A DNA stretch of 62,237 nucleotides, the filler included, from Piptocephalis cylindrospora (taxonomy: Eukaryota), in the NCBI GenBank assembly GCA_003614145.1. It is 10 parts of 10 records of this genome, joined end to end, with 100 filler letters (N's around TTAATTAATTAA, not from the genome) between each part and the next. Parts side by side here need not be neighbours in the genome. Positions count along the whole stretch, not along the records: positions 49,938 to 56,039 come from KZ988320.1; positions 56,140 to 62,237 come from KZ988321.1; 8 more parts are not named here. One strand, written 5' to 3'. How positions within the stretch are numbered: the first letter of the stretch is position 1; every line of letters starts with the position of its first letter. The position numbers were made by a program, and so were the translations under genes. The notes beneath the pieces were generated by a model, which saw only the letters and a list, made by a program, of their open reading frames with translations, was not told the origin of the DNA and made no database searches. This document shows, one piece after another, positions 50,195-62,237 of the stretch.

Positions 50195-52281
50195 ATGACC
50201 TCCCTTCCAGGAGCGTACTTTTCTGATGAACCTGATCACATGGATATCTACTCTGGCGATTCGGAGGAGGAAGAAGAAGAAGAGGGGGAGAACCATGAGT
50301 CTCCCTTACGACACGCCTTGAGTGACCCAGTATCCCCCGCCTCTCCTGTCCCCACTCAATCCGGTTTTGCACATGATCAAGACACCTCGGAAGAGACCCC
50401 ACTGATCCCCAAGAGGCCTTCGCCGCGTCACCGACTTAGCCTACTCTACCATCCACGGTACACTACGATGGATGATGAGCTTCCTTCCTCGGATGCTTCC
50501 TTCATCAGTAATTCCCCGCCCCGGATCCCGAGGAAACGTCGGCGACGAAGACATCCACGACGACATCGAGCTGTGGAGGTGCGCACCTCGGTCTTCTCCT
50601 CCACTACCCATTACTCTTTAGATCTTCCTGCAGCAAGCGTAGGTAACCTGGAGAAATAAGAGCGGCATTTACTATTGCTCACACCTTTTCATCTCCCTAG
50701 ATCCAGCTACCCTTGACGCCGACGCATCGACCTTTGCCTTCACATGCCGACTTTCTCAGCACGATGGCTAAGGTAACTGATGCAATGCAGCAGGGAAGGG
50801 TGCCTTCACGAGTGGCCCAGGGTTCCTCTGGATCCTACTTTTGTCCTGGGCCAGAACCTCAACCGATCCGCCAATACGAGATAATCTTTAAACCCAAGGA
50901 TGAGGAACCTTATGGGTTAAGAAATCCTAAATGGACCAAATGGCTTCATCGGAACCTGTGTCCATGTTTCTTTGGCCGTGGATGGTATGTTTCGGATAAC
51001 TCCCCCCTCCCCTTTGCACTATCCGTACACTCAACCATTCTTTTTGCCCTGTCTATAGTCTTATTCCCAATCAAGGGTATATTAGTGAAGCGGCGGCATC
51101 GTACATGGATGTCCGATTGGGTCTAGGGATTGTACCGCGGACAGAGGTAGTCCGGCTGTCCTCACCAGTCTTTCACTATCCGAGAAAAGTGAGAAATCGA
51201 TTCGTGAAGCATGGGGAGGCTCCACCTCCCAAGATCGGCTCGGCTCAGCTCTTTGTCCCTGGTTATATTCCAGCTGTTGAATTCTTCCGTCAGTATCCAT
51301 GGGTCGCGTCCGACTCTACGATCCTTGCTGAGGGCGAGGAGGCGAGTGGAAGCGGGGATGGAGCCTCGGAGAGAGAAGAGAGTCAAGATGATGTAGAGGG
51401 AGAGGAAGATCATGGTGATGCAGAGGAGGTGGATGTAGAATCCCAACTCCTGCCCAAGCCCATTATCGTCACTTCCACGACCGAGCCTCAGCAAGAAGCT
51501 CCAGAGACAAGCGGGGAGGAGGATACCTTTTGCTGGACCGACTGGACCAGAAAACAGTTTTTTGAGGAACTGGAAAAGATGGTGGTCCTGGATTACATCA
51601 TCCGTAATACGGGTAGGCCACATGCATGTAGTTAGATTAGCATACCTCCCTACTCATGCCTCCCTCCTTGATCCGATAGATCGTGGGCTGGACAACTGGT
51701 TGATTAAACCATGCAAGGAACCAGGGCATCAAGAGGGAAAAGGAGGGTGGCACGTGCATCTTGCGGCAATTGACCATGGCTTAGCCCTTCCCTACAAGCA
51801 TCCGGATGCGTGGAGATCATATCCGTACGGATGGCTCTTCCTCAAAGGCTCAATCATCTCCCAGGCCTTTACCCAGGGCCTTCGCTCCAGGCTTTTACCT
51901 CTCCTGACCTCCCCGGCCTGGTGGGAGGGCACGGTGAATGGGCTTCGGAGGGTGTGTCGAGAAGATGAGGATTACTCCGAGGAGTGGTTTATGCGACAGG
52001 TGGCGGTTCTCAAGGGTCAGGCTTGGAATCTCGTCGAAGGACTCCGGGATCCTGAAGAGACTCCGGTCTCTCTATGCCGCCGGGTGGCCGTCGTGGTCTG
52101 GGAAGATGTGGAGGAGGAGGGAAGAGGTGTGGGGGAGGTGGGGCATGTGAGTGAGGGAGAGTTGGAGCAAAATTCTGGATGGAAGCGTGGGGCTGGTCGG
52201 CGGATCGCTCGAGTGAGACGCAAGGTCAAGGAGCGCCTCGAGGTTCTGAGCCGTGTACGGCCCTGCTTTACCCATTGGTGA
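50195..52281 (+). CDS. LSB6: Type II phosphatidylinositol 4-kinase, 4 exons
   Basis: QGSSGSYF, FKPKDEEPYG..NPKWTKW, PPKIGSAQLFV, VVLDYIIRNT-DRGLDNWLI, AAIDHGLA, WRSYPYGW, AVLKGQAWNL. Confidence 0.95.
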
Positions 52282-52363
52282 GATGATGAGGGGTTTTGAA
52301 TCAATGAATATGGCTCTTCATAATGAAATTAGAGTCTGAGAGGTGTTTGAATGTAAAAAATTA

Positions 52364-52436
52364 AGCCCAACGCGGGGGTCGAACCCGCAGCCTTGAGATT
52401 AAGAGTCTCACGCTCTACCGATTGAGCTAGCCGGGC
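52364..52436 (-). tRNA. tRNA-Lys(CTT)
   Basis: GCCCGGCTAGCTCAATCGGTAGAGCGTGAGACTCTTAATCTCAAGGCTGCGGGTTCGACCCCCGCGTTGGGCT: 73-nt cloverleaf with A/B boxes and a downstream T-run terminator. Confidence 0.97.
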
Positions 52437-52669
52437 TACATTTTTTAGTTTTTTGCAGAATTACATATTAACAAAATATTAAAAATAACGAAGGCAGCTG
52501 GAGACATCATTAAACTGAGACAGCATATAGTTAGTTAGTTAGTTAGTTAGTAGCAGCAACATACGGACCATTCAGAGTGATAAGAAGGTAATTCAATTCC
52601 ATGTTGTTACTGCCAGCCTCTCCCCCACACACACGACACATGCTCTCGCTTGTAAGGGTTAAGCGCCGT

Positions 52670-53854
52670 CTACCAATTTTGACTTAGCCAGCGCTTAGTG
52701 CAAGAGTAACCATGGTCGTCAAAGTTGTCCTTGGGATTACAGTGACACTTGCGCTGCAATTCTTCGGAGACAGGGCAATGAGTGAAGGGACTGTGGGTAT
52801 AGCCGATCTCGTTAAAAAAGTGAATCTTGTCACGGGGGAGGAAAAGGGCCGCGGCAATGGAGTGGACGGGGGCATCACCCCAGCGTTCGTAGAAGAAGCC
52901 ACCAGCCTGATCTAAATAGTCAAAGTAGTCCGAGTAGGCGGGGCTGCGAAGGAATTTGGTAGAAGCAATCTCAAAGTTGGACCAGAAGTGGCAGAGATTA
53001 TAGGTGGCGCCATTGTCGTTGGAGATGAATCCGAGGGAGTTGTCCTTGGCAATGTGCTCGGGATGCTTCTTCATGAAGTCCTTGGTGGTCTTCCAGAGAG
53101 TGGGGATGGTGTCGACATACTCGTAGAGGGAGACGGTGAAGCTATAGGTCTTGTTGTGGGTCTGCATGTACATAAAGGGATCAAAGTCGATGTCACAATG
53201 GAAATGGACACCGGGCTCGACGCGCCAGTAGTAGTCGTACTCGAGCATCAGAGGATGACGGTAAAAGAAGCCTGATTCATAGCGACACATGTTACGGTAG
53301 GACTCGCTGCCTCCGTAGATGATCTTACGACGCTTCATATCCTCGCGAGCCTCCTTGGCGCGGGTCTGATCGATCCAAGAGGGGTAGCTCCAGTGTTCCT
53401 TGGGGATTAGGCCATACTTACACTCCGCCTTGGTGAGAGACTGGGTGTAAGTCTTGAACTCTTCGGTGAAGGGCTCATCGTTGAGGAAGACGTAAGGATA
53501 GTTGAAGTTACGGTTGAACCGGTCCTCGACCTCACGAAGAGTCTTGCGCATATCCTGGAGATCAGAATTACGCACTAGGATAACAAAGGCGGCCTTGGCC
53601 CGGGGTCCACGGGCAAAGGCGGGGATCTGGTTGTCTTCGGCGGCTAGGGCCAGAGCCTCTTCCTCCTTGTTCATGGAGAGAAGGGAGTCATCGGAGGTAT
53701 CCTGACTCCGAAGAGAGGCCCGATCAAAGTCACTGGCGGTCTGTCGAAGGTGATGGAGGGGGGCAGAGGAGTCCCGGGCGTGCCAAAAGACAACAATGAG
53801 GATCAGGGCAGCGACCGCCACTAGGACGTATCGCGTAACGAGTTTACGAGCCAT
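52670..53854 (-). CDS. KRE2/KTR-family alpha-1,2-mannosyltransferase (GT15)
   Basis: N-terminal TM anchor, [66 protein letters not shown]. Confidence 0.96.
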   Translation of the reverse strand: MARKLVTRYVLVAVAALILIVVFWHARDSSAPLHHLRQTASDFDRASLRSQDTSDDSLLSMNKEEEALALAAEDNQIPAFARGPRAKAAFVILVRNSDLQDMRKTLREVEDRFNRNFNYPYVFLNDEPFTEEFKTYTQSLTKAECKYGLIPKEHWSYPSWIDQTRAKEAREDMKRRKIIYGGSESYRNMCRYESGFFYRHPLMLEYDYYWRVEPGVHFHCDIDFDPFMYMQTHNKTYSFTVSLYEYVDTIPTLWKTTKDFMKKHPEHIAKDNSLGFISNDNGATYNLCHFWSNFEIASTKFLRSPAYSDYFDYLDQAGGFFYERWGDAPVHSIAAALFLPRDKIHFFNEIGYTHSPFTHCPVSEELQRKCHCNPKDNFDDHGYSCTKRWLSQNW

Positions 53855-56141
53855 GATATGTTGGCTGTAGGGGGGTGAGGAGAGAGGAAGAGGAAGGGAG
53901 GAATAAGAGGTAAGGAGGGAGAGGGGAGGGGGGAGGGGGGGGACGGGGCCAGTCTTGGGCCTAGGAGGAGACAAGGTAAGGGAGGAGAAGGAGCAAAGAA
54001 GAGAAGGAGAGACAAGGATGGGATGCAAGGGTCGAGATAAGTAGTGTATTGGAGAATACTTTTTTGGGCGCCAAGACTTTTTCTCTGACTCGGAGGTCCC
54101 AATGCTTTTTATGGAATTGCGGGAGATAAAAGAGCACACACACACACATATGCACATATACATATATATATATATACGCACACATAGAGCGAGAGACAAG
54201 ACTAATGTGGACTCGAGAGAAGGCCATAATATCTGGTGGGCGAGAGTGGCTGGCTGTAGATCCGCAATGTGTGATCCGGGTACAGGGGCGCACAAGGGGG
54301 ATTGAGAGAGAGGAGTATGTACACTTATTATTCATCCACCCCCCCTCCTGTTACCCCCATACAAGCTAGTTTGGGTGAGACGGGTGAGGAGGGGTTTTTT
54401 GAAGATGTTGGCAATGGGCGCAAATGGACACAGGGATCCCTGAGTGGTGCGTTATCCTCCCCCCCACCTTATACAGATCAGGGATTCGGGAAGGAAGTCT
54501 GGGTTTCTGAAGCCTACCTCCCATATAGGCCGTTTTCGATCTGAAGGTATCCTCACGACGTCCACGTTACTCACTGGTGCGAATACCTCCCTACTGCTTG
54601 GACAATCTTCTACTTCAGCACACAAATAACTTGCGCGGTATAGTGCCAGAATCCCCCCCTGTTTTGTGTATTTCACAGCCTGGGTGAGTGGACAGAGAGA
54701 TCTGGGTAGGATGAGCTGGGCCGAGCAGCGGCAAGTCGATGATGCTACTACACAAAAGGACTGAACTTTAGACTCCGCTTGCCAGAGGTGAGTCCGTACT
54801 CTGTACACTTGATCTCTCTCTCCTTCCCTCTACGGATATGCACTTGATTGACCGAGGGTGAGAGCTGTTGATTTCAAGGAAGAGGAGGAGGAGGCTAAAA
54901 ACCAAGCAGATATGACGACGACACCGAAGCCAAGACAAGGAGAAAGATGCGCTTCTCCAAAGATCCTACTGGTGCGTAATAATAAGGGCGGGTCAATGTG
55001 TCTGCCAAACACATCATTGCGCTCTTTATCCGTTTGAAGGAGAGGGAAAGAGGATTCACCTTCCCTTGTTGGTACGCACTCGGCATCACCCATACCGAAG
55101 AAAGAAGACGACATGGATACCAGGGGAAAGAGAGGTCTCAGATAACGATATTTTTAGACGCATCTGTCAATTCCCAATCCTGAATTCAAAATTTCAAACC
55201 GTCAATCGAGTTGCACATTCCAAACGAATGAGGCATGCCTTGATGTGTGTACATCCTGCTTTTGTCTGTACAAGCAGAAGTGTACGAGAACCAGAGTATG
55301 TGTACGATTGGGAAAAGACGCCCTTATTCTTCGTGGGGCAAATCATTGGTGTACATGCCTCTCGAACTCTGGCTTCTATATCCCAGCTCTCCCACCCTGT
55401 CATTCTACCAATCCTTGTGTCTATCCTTTTCCCCCCTCAAGGACCCGATGCCCCCCACAGTAGATGGGTGTGTACCCTGGAGATGATATACCCTCCACAA
55501 GCACCCTTTCCGCATGATTTTCCACTTATTTTCCAAGTGTGAAGCACGCGCCACGAATGATTGGTGTTGAGAGCCTCAAGAGCAAGAGACGAAGGGAATT
55601 CAAGGGAGAAAATCCCTTTTTAGGATACCATGGGGTTTTTTCGTATTGGTTTCCATTTTTTATATACAACTCGGTTTATCACGCTGACGACACCTGAACA
55701 CTGGCCTACACACACCCACATACATATGTGCCCACGATTGTAGTGTGTGAGTAAGGGGGGGAAGGGTCAAACCGAATATTATTGACTTCTAATACCATAG
55801 TGGTAGTGACCTTATCTTTGACCCTGTCTGCCCGCGCACATGAAATGACAGGGATATTATCAGGCGGGGGCATGTGCCTTCAATGAATGGTCCTATTCTC
55901 TGCCTATATCAGCTCCCTCTCTCCCTCCCGACCTCTTCAATACAATCCCCCCCCCGGATCGGGGTGTTCCGTGTGCCGTATGTCCCCCGTGACCTGCTTA
56001 CTATCGCCTATCCCCCTCATCCTGGGTGGTCCCAGCAGTNNNNNNNNNNNNNNNNNNNNNNNNNNNNNNNNNNNNNNNNNNNNTTAATTAATTAANNNNN
56101 NNNNNNNNNNNNNNNNNNNNNNNNNNNNNNNNNNNNNNNCA

Positions 56142-56188
56142 TAGGAAAAAGGGGAAATTGTAATTTTCCCAATACATTTCGCTGTTTA
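56142..56188 (+). repeat. Dispersed repeat shared with 7991-8039; probably a LINE-derived fragment
   Basis: taggaaaaaggggaa(g)attgtaattttccc(c)aatacatttcgctgttta occurs at both positions with two 1-nt indels. Confidence 0.85.
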
Positions 56189-56403
56189 CTACTATAGGGA
56201 AAAGAGTGTTGTAATTGAATGCGATCTGATGGATCATTGACCGGCCATGATACTCCGATGCAGAAAGAATAAAACATCTTTCCCAAGGGCAAAAGGGATG
56301 TTTAAAGTAGGAAAAAAGGTACATGGACTAGGGATGCCTTGGGTCATGGGATGGAAGGAGGGAAGGGATGAGCCTTACCCCCTTTCCTTTTAAAGAGACA
56401 TCG

Positions 56404-56763
56404 TCATTGGATAGAAGGCTTGACCCTCATCATGCCAATCATGCGACTATGAATGGACCTGGCGGTGGCCTTGGATAGAGATGGCAATTTTCCTCTCATC
56501 TGCTGCGTCGAGCTTTGGATTTTGGCAACATGCTGCTTCCAGTTATTGGAAGGTATAATTTTGGCGTGGAGCATGGCCTTTTCGGAAAAGAAGCTCGTGC
56601 TGGCGCTCTCCTCGTTGACCTTGATTACCATGCTGATTTCCGCTTTCTTGAGCTGGCTCACCTGGTCTTTGACACCATTTTCGGCAGTAATCAACGTGGC
56701 ATTGATGGATACGTCCTGGGAATTGAAGGCTAGCCTGACGGTTTGGATTGGAGATTGGGTCAT
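56404..56763 (-). CDS. Hypothetical protein
   Basis: 119-aa ATG-initiated ORF (MTQSPIQTVRLAF..) downstream of a C/T-rich leader and TATAAA; no family recognised. Confidence 0.4.
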   Translation of the reverse strand: MTQSPIQTVRLAFNSQDVSINATLITAENGVKDQVSQLKKAEISMVIKVNEESASTSFFSEKAMLHAKIIPSNNWKQHVAKIQSSTQQMRGKLPSLSKATARSIHSRMIGMMRVKPSIQ

Positions 56764-57735
56764 TATCTTTGAAAATAAACCAGTTGATATGCCTCTCTCC
56801 TCAAGGGAAAGGGTAAGCAAGTGCGTGAAAAGGACAAAAAGAAAGGGAAGAACCAAGGATGTTCCGACTGGGGACCACATTGCAGAGGGTTGTTGGGTGA
56901 TGAAGCGGTAGGAGGAGAGGGGAGGAGAAGGAAGAGTGGAGGAAGAGAGTGGGAAAAGGAGGGATGCGTGATCAAATCTAGGGATCGAGAGGAAGGAGGG
57001 GGATGGAGAGGCGGACAGGGGAATGAAGAGGCGGAAGAGGGAATGAAGAAGAGGCGGAAGAGTGAATCAGGAAGCGGAAAAAGGGACAGAACGGGAGGAT
57101 GGGATGACAGGAGAGGAGAGGGAAAAGCTGCAGCTATCCTCCTCCCTGCTTTATAATGCAAGAACGTGTATTAAAGCCATCCTTGACATACAATGTAAAG
57201 GAGATGGTGGCGCTTTATTCAGTCTGTATTCCTTGTCAGGGCTCATCTTCTCAACTCCGTCGAAAACCGATTGGGCAAAAGGAGACGGACTTTGCTGCTC
57301 CGACTCTACCCTGCCGTTGATTTTTAAACCCAGACTAAACTCAGATCATCAGGCTAGAGAACAGAGTTTTAGCTCTAATCGTTGCCAGCAAGCTGGCATG
57401 CTAGGTCAAACAAGGTGACTTGCTCCTACCTGAAAACTAGACGAGTTTCCTATCCTATCTTCATTCAGTCCAGTTCTACAGGATTCTCCATCGTTTAGCA
57501 GCAAGTATCATAGTAATAAGAGTATCCCTTTATCCTACTGATTACTCAAACCACTTCTTTAGAATCAAAAAGAAGCATCTTCTCTGGATCATGGGGAGCG
57601 ACTGCATGTTTTCCTCTCCCCTCCCTCCCCCTCTTCTTCTCACTAAATCCTAATGTACTTTCCTGGGCTACCCCGATCCGTATCCTTAAACCACCCTTGG
57701 GGAGGATTAGGGGACCTTGCAGGTACTTTACAGTC

Positions 57736-58771
57736 CTAGCAAAATGCCCCTTCCTCGTCCTCATCCAGATGAGCCACTCCTACACCACCAAGCTCTGAAG
57801 CATGCCCCTGCTGGGGAGCAGGGACTTCTAGGGAGGAGGGCAGGGTCATGGCCACCCTCAGTACCTCATTCTCCAGGAATTGCACAGTGGGTCCCATGAC
57901 GAACTCCTGCACCGCAGCCTCATCAAACGTCTCCCATGCCTCCAACAGTCGATGGGTCAGGCCGAATTCCGGGGTGCCAGGAAATCCGGAGACTTTTTCA
58001 ATCCACCCACCGCTCTCCATGGCCTTCCTCACCCCAACCTCATCCTTCAGGGCAAGGGATAGGATGACCCAGGAGAGGATGACCTTGGCCTGCTCCCCTT
58101 TACTAGCCAATTCCCCGGTCCACCGACTCATCCGACCCTGCAGATGATCTCGGGCTTCTTGGATCCGCTGGTGCCGAAGGAGCGTAGCCAGAGTCACCCG
58201 GGCCGTCTCCATTCCAAAGCGCCCCCGGTCCTCGTCATCGAAAACTTGGCAAGCTTCGTGCATCCGTAAAATGGCACCATCTGGATCTGTGGGCTCCAGG
58301 AGCTTCCCAGCCTTGACCAGCAAGGCAGCCGCCCGATCCGGGGATCCATGGGCGGCATACAGAGCACTGGCTTCACTCAGTAGCTGCGAACCCTCCCCCT
58401 CACTTCCCTTTTGTCCCTCCACCACACCCGCCGCATGTTCCATGGCCTTGGCGGCAAGATACACCGAACCACCCTCAAAGTAAGCCTTGGACGCCTTTTT
58501 AAAGGCATCCCCTGCTCTATCTCCCATCTTGGCCGTTCGAAAGGTTGCCCCGGCCTTATCATAGTATTGGGCGGCGATGTCCCAATCAGGCTGACGGAAC
58601 CAACCCTTACTTGCTCTGGAATAGGAAGGGCGCAAAGGGGCGTGAGTTTAGCTCCAAGGCATCCTGATGGCAAGGGAGGGTTTGGACAGGATGCACTTAC
58701 GCCTTCTCTGCCTGACCATAATAATCCAGTGCTTCACTGATCTTGGCCTTGTCCGAGGAAGTCGAAGTCAT
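57736..58771 (-). CDS. NAPG: Gamma-SNAP (NSF attachment protein gamma), 2 exons
   Basis: KISEALDYYGQAEKA-ASKGWFRQPDWDIAAQYYDKAG, YLAAKAMEHA, HGSPDRAA..L.KAGK; acidic C-terminus DEDEEGAFC. Confidence 0.85.
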
Positions 58772-61461
58772 TATACGGCTAAAGAGAAGAGGAGAGGGGG
58801 TAAGGGGGTAAGGAGGGGGATGATGGGAAGAGAGCAAGGGGGGATACTGGTGCAAGAAGAAGAGATGGATCTAGGATGCGGTCAGGAACTCCAAGGTCAT
58901 TTCAATATTCGTAATGAACTCTCATCCGCTTCCATCTCCAAGTTCAGCGGAGTGTGTGTCTGTGAGAGGAAGAGCACTCCTCGTCTGCGTCTGTGAAGTA
59001 ATGTGGTGGTCTCCATGAGCGACCAGGAGGAGGGGGATGATTTTAAAGTGAGCATGCATGAGTGAATGAGTGAGTGATTTTTATAACACTAACTACCTTG
59101 TCTTCTATTGTTCACACCTACCTACCTATCTAACCTACTCCGACCCTATACCCCAATTTACCTCTGGTTGGGTTGAAGGCTAGTCTGGCCGTGGTTTAGT
59201 TCAAGGTTTGTTCTAGAAGGGTTCTTTGAACCAAGCATCAGATTCAGTGCGTAACCATCGGGCACATACGTCCAAATGGTTGGACGTGTCTTTGGGATGC
59301 TACCTAGCAGATGTCATAGGGGGAGATAGTAATTGATGTAGGGGTGAATCCCCTTTTTCTTGTAGTTCATCGTATGATCTGTGCTTTACGTCTAATTCAA
59401 CTCATCGGAGAGCACGGCTGAAAGGGCCGGGGAATTGACCCGCCTTTTGGCTAGTACGATCATTTTTCCACGTCTTTTTCACCGACATGGCATGTACATG
59501 TTATTCCTCCATAGCAAGGACTGCCGATGGTCAATGATATCCGCCATCCTCGCCATCACTCATCCTGCCTCCATGATACGGCGATCCTGGTGTATAGATC
59601 CTCTCTTCCCTATCATTATTATTACCTAGACAGATAAGCCGTGCAGGGTGGATTGAAGTGAAAGGGAAAGGGCTTTGTGGCGAAAGAACCTGTAATTTGG
59701 ATGCATGATTGGTTGAAAAGACCAGGGGGTTTCCATTTTCTCCCCAAATCCCAAAAGTTGGGGTTGCACACATTTATTATCAGGAGCAAGACAAAGACCG
59801 AGACTATGGGGAGAGACACGCTGAGACTACTTTAGGAGGGGATGGTGTGGGGCAGGGAGAGGCGCCATACTGCGGGAGGCTAGTCTGTCCTTCATAGTAC
59901 ACACGTGAGGAGACAACAGGGTACTCAAGGGGAAGATCAAAGGGACCCTATGTCTGATTTTGCCATATACTATGGGAGTCCTGGAGAAGGTTTGGGACAG
60001 GGTAACTGATCTTCTCCCCCTCTTGTCCCCAACTGTCCCATTCTACCTATTTCCCATTTACTCCAATTCACCATCATTCCGACACTCATTGACCCGAAGA
60101 TTGGGGTGAGTCGAGTGTCGTCGTGCCTTGATGAAAGCTGAGTCTCTATATGTGACCTTTTATGTATATCAACTCTGGAGGATAAGCATCCAATATGGGG
60201 CCTATTGCCAGGGGATCGGGATCCTGTTCCATCTTTTTTTCTCTGGTGGTACGGCTTTCTCATGATCCAGAGCACGGCATGGCTTATGAAAAGGATGCGT
60301 GCAGAGAAACATTCCTCCCTCCCCCCTCCGTATCCATGGACCTCTCAACTAGTCACCCTTTAGACCGTCAAGGAGCTTGAGATCTCTGCAATACCACATC
60401 ATTCCATTCCATTCTTGTACTACATTGTATTGCATTGTTTATTTGACACATTGTATTCTCAAAGACGACTTGGATGTGACATTCGAGTAGGAAAATGTAT
60501 ACAGCCCTCCGGGAATTGGGACGCCAAGGTAGGGAGATATGGGTAGGAATGAAGGAGATAATCCGTGTATACACGCAACGTGTCCATGTCACACTCTTGA
60601 GGTGTGCTACCTTCCTGACATGACATGCCCCCGCCATCGGCTTCGGGCATTCCCAGGCTAGGATAGGAAAGAAAAGGGACGGGTTCTCCTGTCACTCTCA
60701 TGTCCCCTCCAGATCGACTGATTGTTCCCTTCATCCATGGACGACCCCCGCTTTCCACCTTCCCAGTCACCCACGACACCAACAACCGCCCCAACGACCG
60801 TGGTCACCCATCCTAAGAGGAGAGGGAAAGGTGTCGAACCTCAGTCCTCTCTCCCACACTCAGACACATACACACACACACACACATATTCCCTGCTTCA
60901 AGGTCCCCCTCCCTATCCTGCTTTATCTGGAATAAGATGTCCCCCCCACAAGACCAAAAGGTGGCAGCACACCAAAACCAGGCCAAGTTTGGGGGCACAA
61001 TCTGGAATCAAGCCTCCCCACATCCCTCTCAACTCGGAGTATCCCTCCCCATTCCACTACCACTACACCGCCGAGCCATCGTCCTGCCTCATTCCCCGTG
61101 GCAGCACACCATCCTTCCCCATCTCCTCTACCACTGGGCGTATATAAACGCGTACACGCCCTCGGCTCTCCCCACTTCCCCAACACCTGCCTCCTCCCTC
61201 TCTTTTCTTTCCTTTTCCTTTCCCCTCTCCTACCACAATTACTCTTGCCAGCTGCAACACCCGACCTGCAAATCCCCTTTCCCACACCCTCACACCGTGT
61301 ATTTCCCCCTCCCTTTGCCTTCCACGTCCCCACCATCCCTCCCTCCTGCTCACCATTTGCTCCGTCCTGTCCTGGCATAGCACCCTCCCCCCCTCACTCT
61401 CCTTCTTCCCTTTATCTTCACTCCTCCTTCCTCCCCTCCTCGCTCTTAACCACCCTCCGTC

Positions 61462-62237
61462 ATGTCTGAGGATTCACACGCGTCTGTAGCGCGGTTTATT
61501 GGTAGGTTTCGCAGACTTGTAACCTGGTTCTCTCTCCTCCCCCCGGCTCACCTCCTCATCCTGCATCTCTCATAGGTGGAAATACTGTGGAAGCAGCGGC
61601 TGCTGGACCCGTCCGAGACTTTGTCTTGGAACACGGTGGTCATACCGTCATCACCAAGGTCCTTATTGCCAACAATGGTATTGCTGCCGTCAAGGAGATT
61701 CGCTCCGTCAGGAAATGGGCCTACGAGACTTTCGGCGATGAACGCGCCATCCAATTCACCGTCATGGCCACCCCGGAGGATCTCTCCGCTAATGCTGAGT
61801 ACATTCGCATGGCCGATCAGTACGTTGAGGTTCCCGGTGGTCGGAATAATCATAACTACGCCAACGTCGACTTGATCATCGAAGTTGCCGAACGTACAGG
61901 GGTTCATGTAAGTCTCGACTGGTTCATCTCTCTTTCCTGCGTATCTCTCATCCCTTTTTCTTCTCTCTAGGCTGTCTGGGCTGGATGGGGCCACGCATCG
62001 GAGAACCCAAAGCTCCCAGAGGGTCTGGCTGCCTCCAAGAACAAAGCTGTCTTTATTGGGCCTCCCGGATCCGCCATGCGCTCTCTGGGTGACAAGATCT
62101 CCTCGACCATCGTGGCTCAGTCTGCCGGGGTCCCCACCCTGGACTGGTCTGGTACGGGTCTAACCGGCACAGATGTTGATTCCCAAGGCCATGTTCGTGT
62201 CCCGGACGACATTTATAATCAGGCCACCGTCACCTCC
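61462..62237 (+). CDS. ACC1: Acetyl-CoA carboxylase, 5' part (biotin carboxylase domain)
   Basis: [85 protein letters not shown]; two introns. Confidence 0.98.

Noticed and set aside
54450..55550. Cluster of short ORFs upstream of the GT15 gene
   Set aside because: No coherent splice model or family match.
59442..59454. gccttttggcta, resembling the 5' end of U2 snRNA
   Set aside because: No branch-point recognition sequence (GTGTAGTA) or Sm site follows.

Overview
Eukaryotic, intron-containing fungal DNA. The gene content (gamma-SNAP, TMEM164, CEP135-like, KRE2-family, LSB6, Cys2) points to an early-diverging fungus. The compact genes and fragmented assembly resemble a Zoopagomycota single-cell genome such as Piptocephalis, but that is inference and cannot be confirmed from the sequence. 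The window is NOT one locus. It is ten separate contigs of 6184, 6177, 6173, 6148, 6138, 6108, 6107, 6102, 6102 and 6098 bp, in descending length order, joined by identical 100-bp N44-TTAATTAATTAA-N44 linkers, so adjacency across linkers is meaningless. Most genes are housekeeping: TRS20, TrhO/TSTD2-like rhodanese, LYR protein, RIO1, eIF2-alpha, tafazzin, TMEM164, a Sel1-repeat protein, MRPL22, NAA25, a UBX protein, a PPR protein, an aquaglyceroporin, an RPEL protein, symplekin, a METTL21/RKM5-like methyltransferase, Cys2, PPG1-like phosphatase, CBF5, a CsbD-like protein, LSB6, a GT15 mannosyltransferase, gamma-SNAP and ACC1. There is also a tRNA-Lys(CTT), a LINE remnant with an intact ORF1 and a dead Tc1/mariner element. 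The most notable observation is a multi-exon coiled-coil gene (74-2138) with several colinear blocks resembling the centriole protein CEP135/Bld10. An apparent inversion chimera, marked by an exact 55-bp inverted duplication, splits it across both strands. I found no convincing novel multi-gene system. Protein family assignments come from recalled motifs, not database searches.
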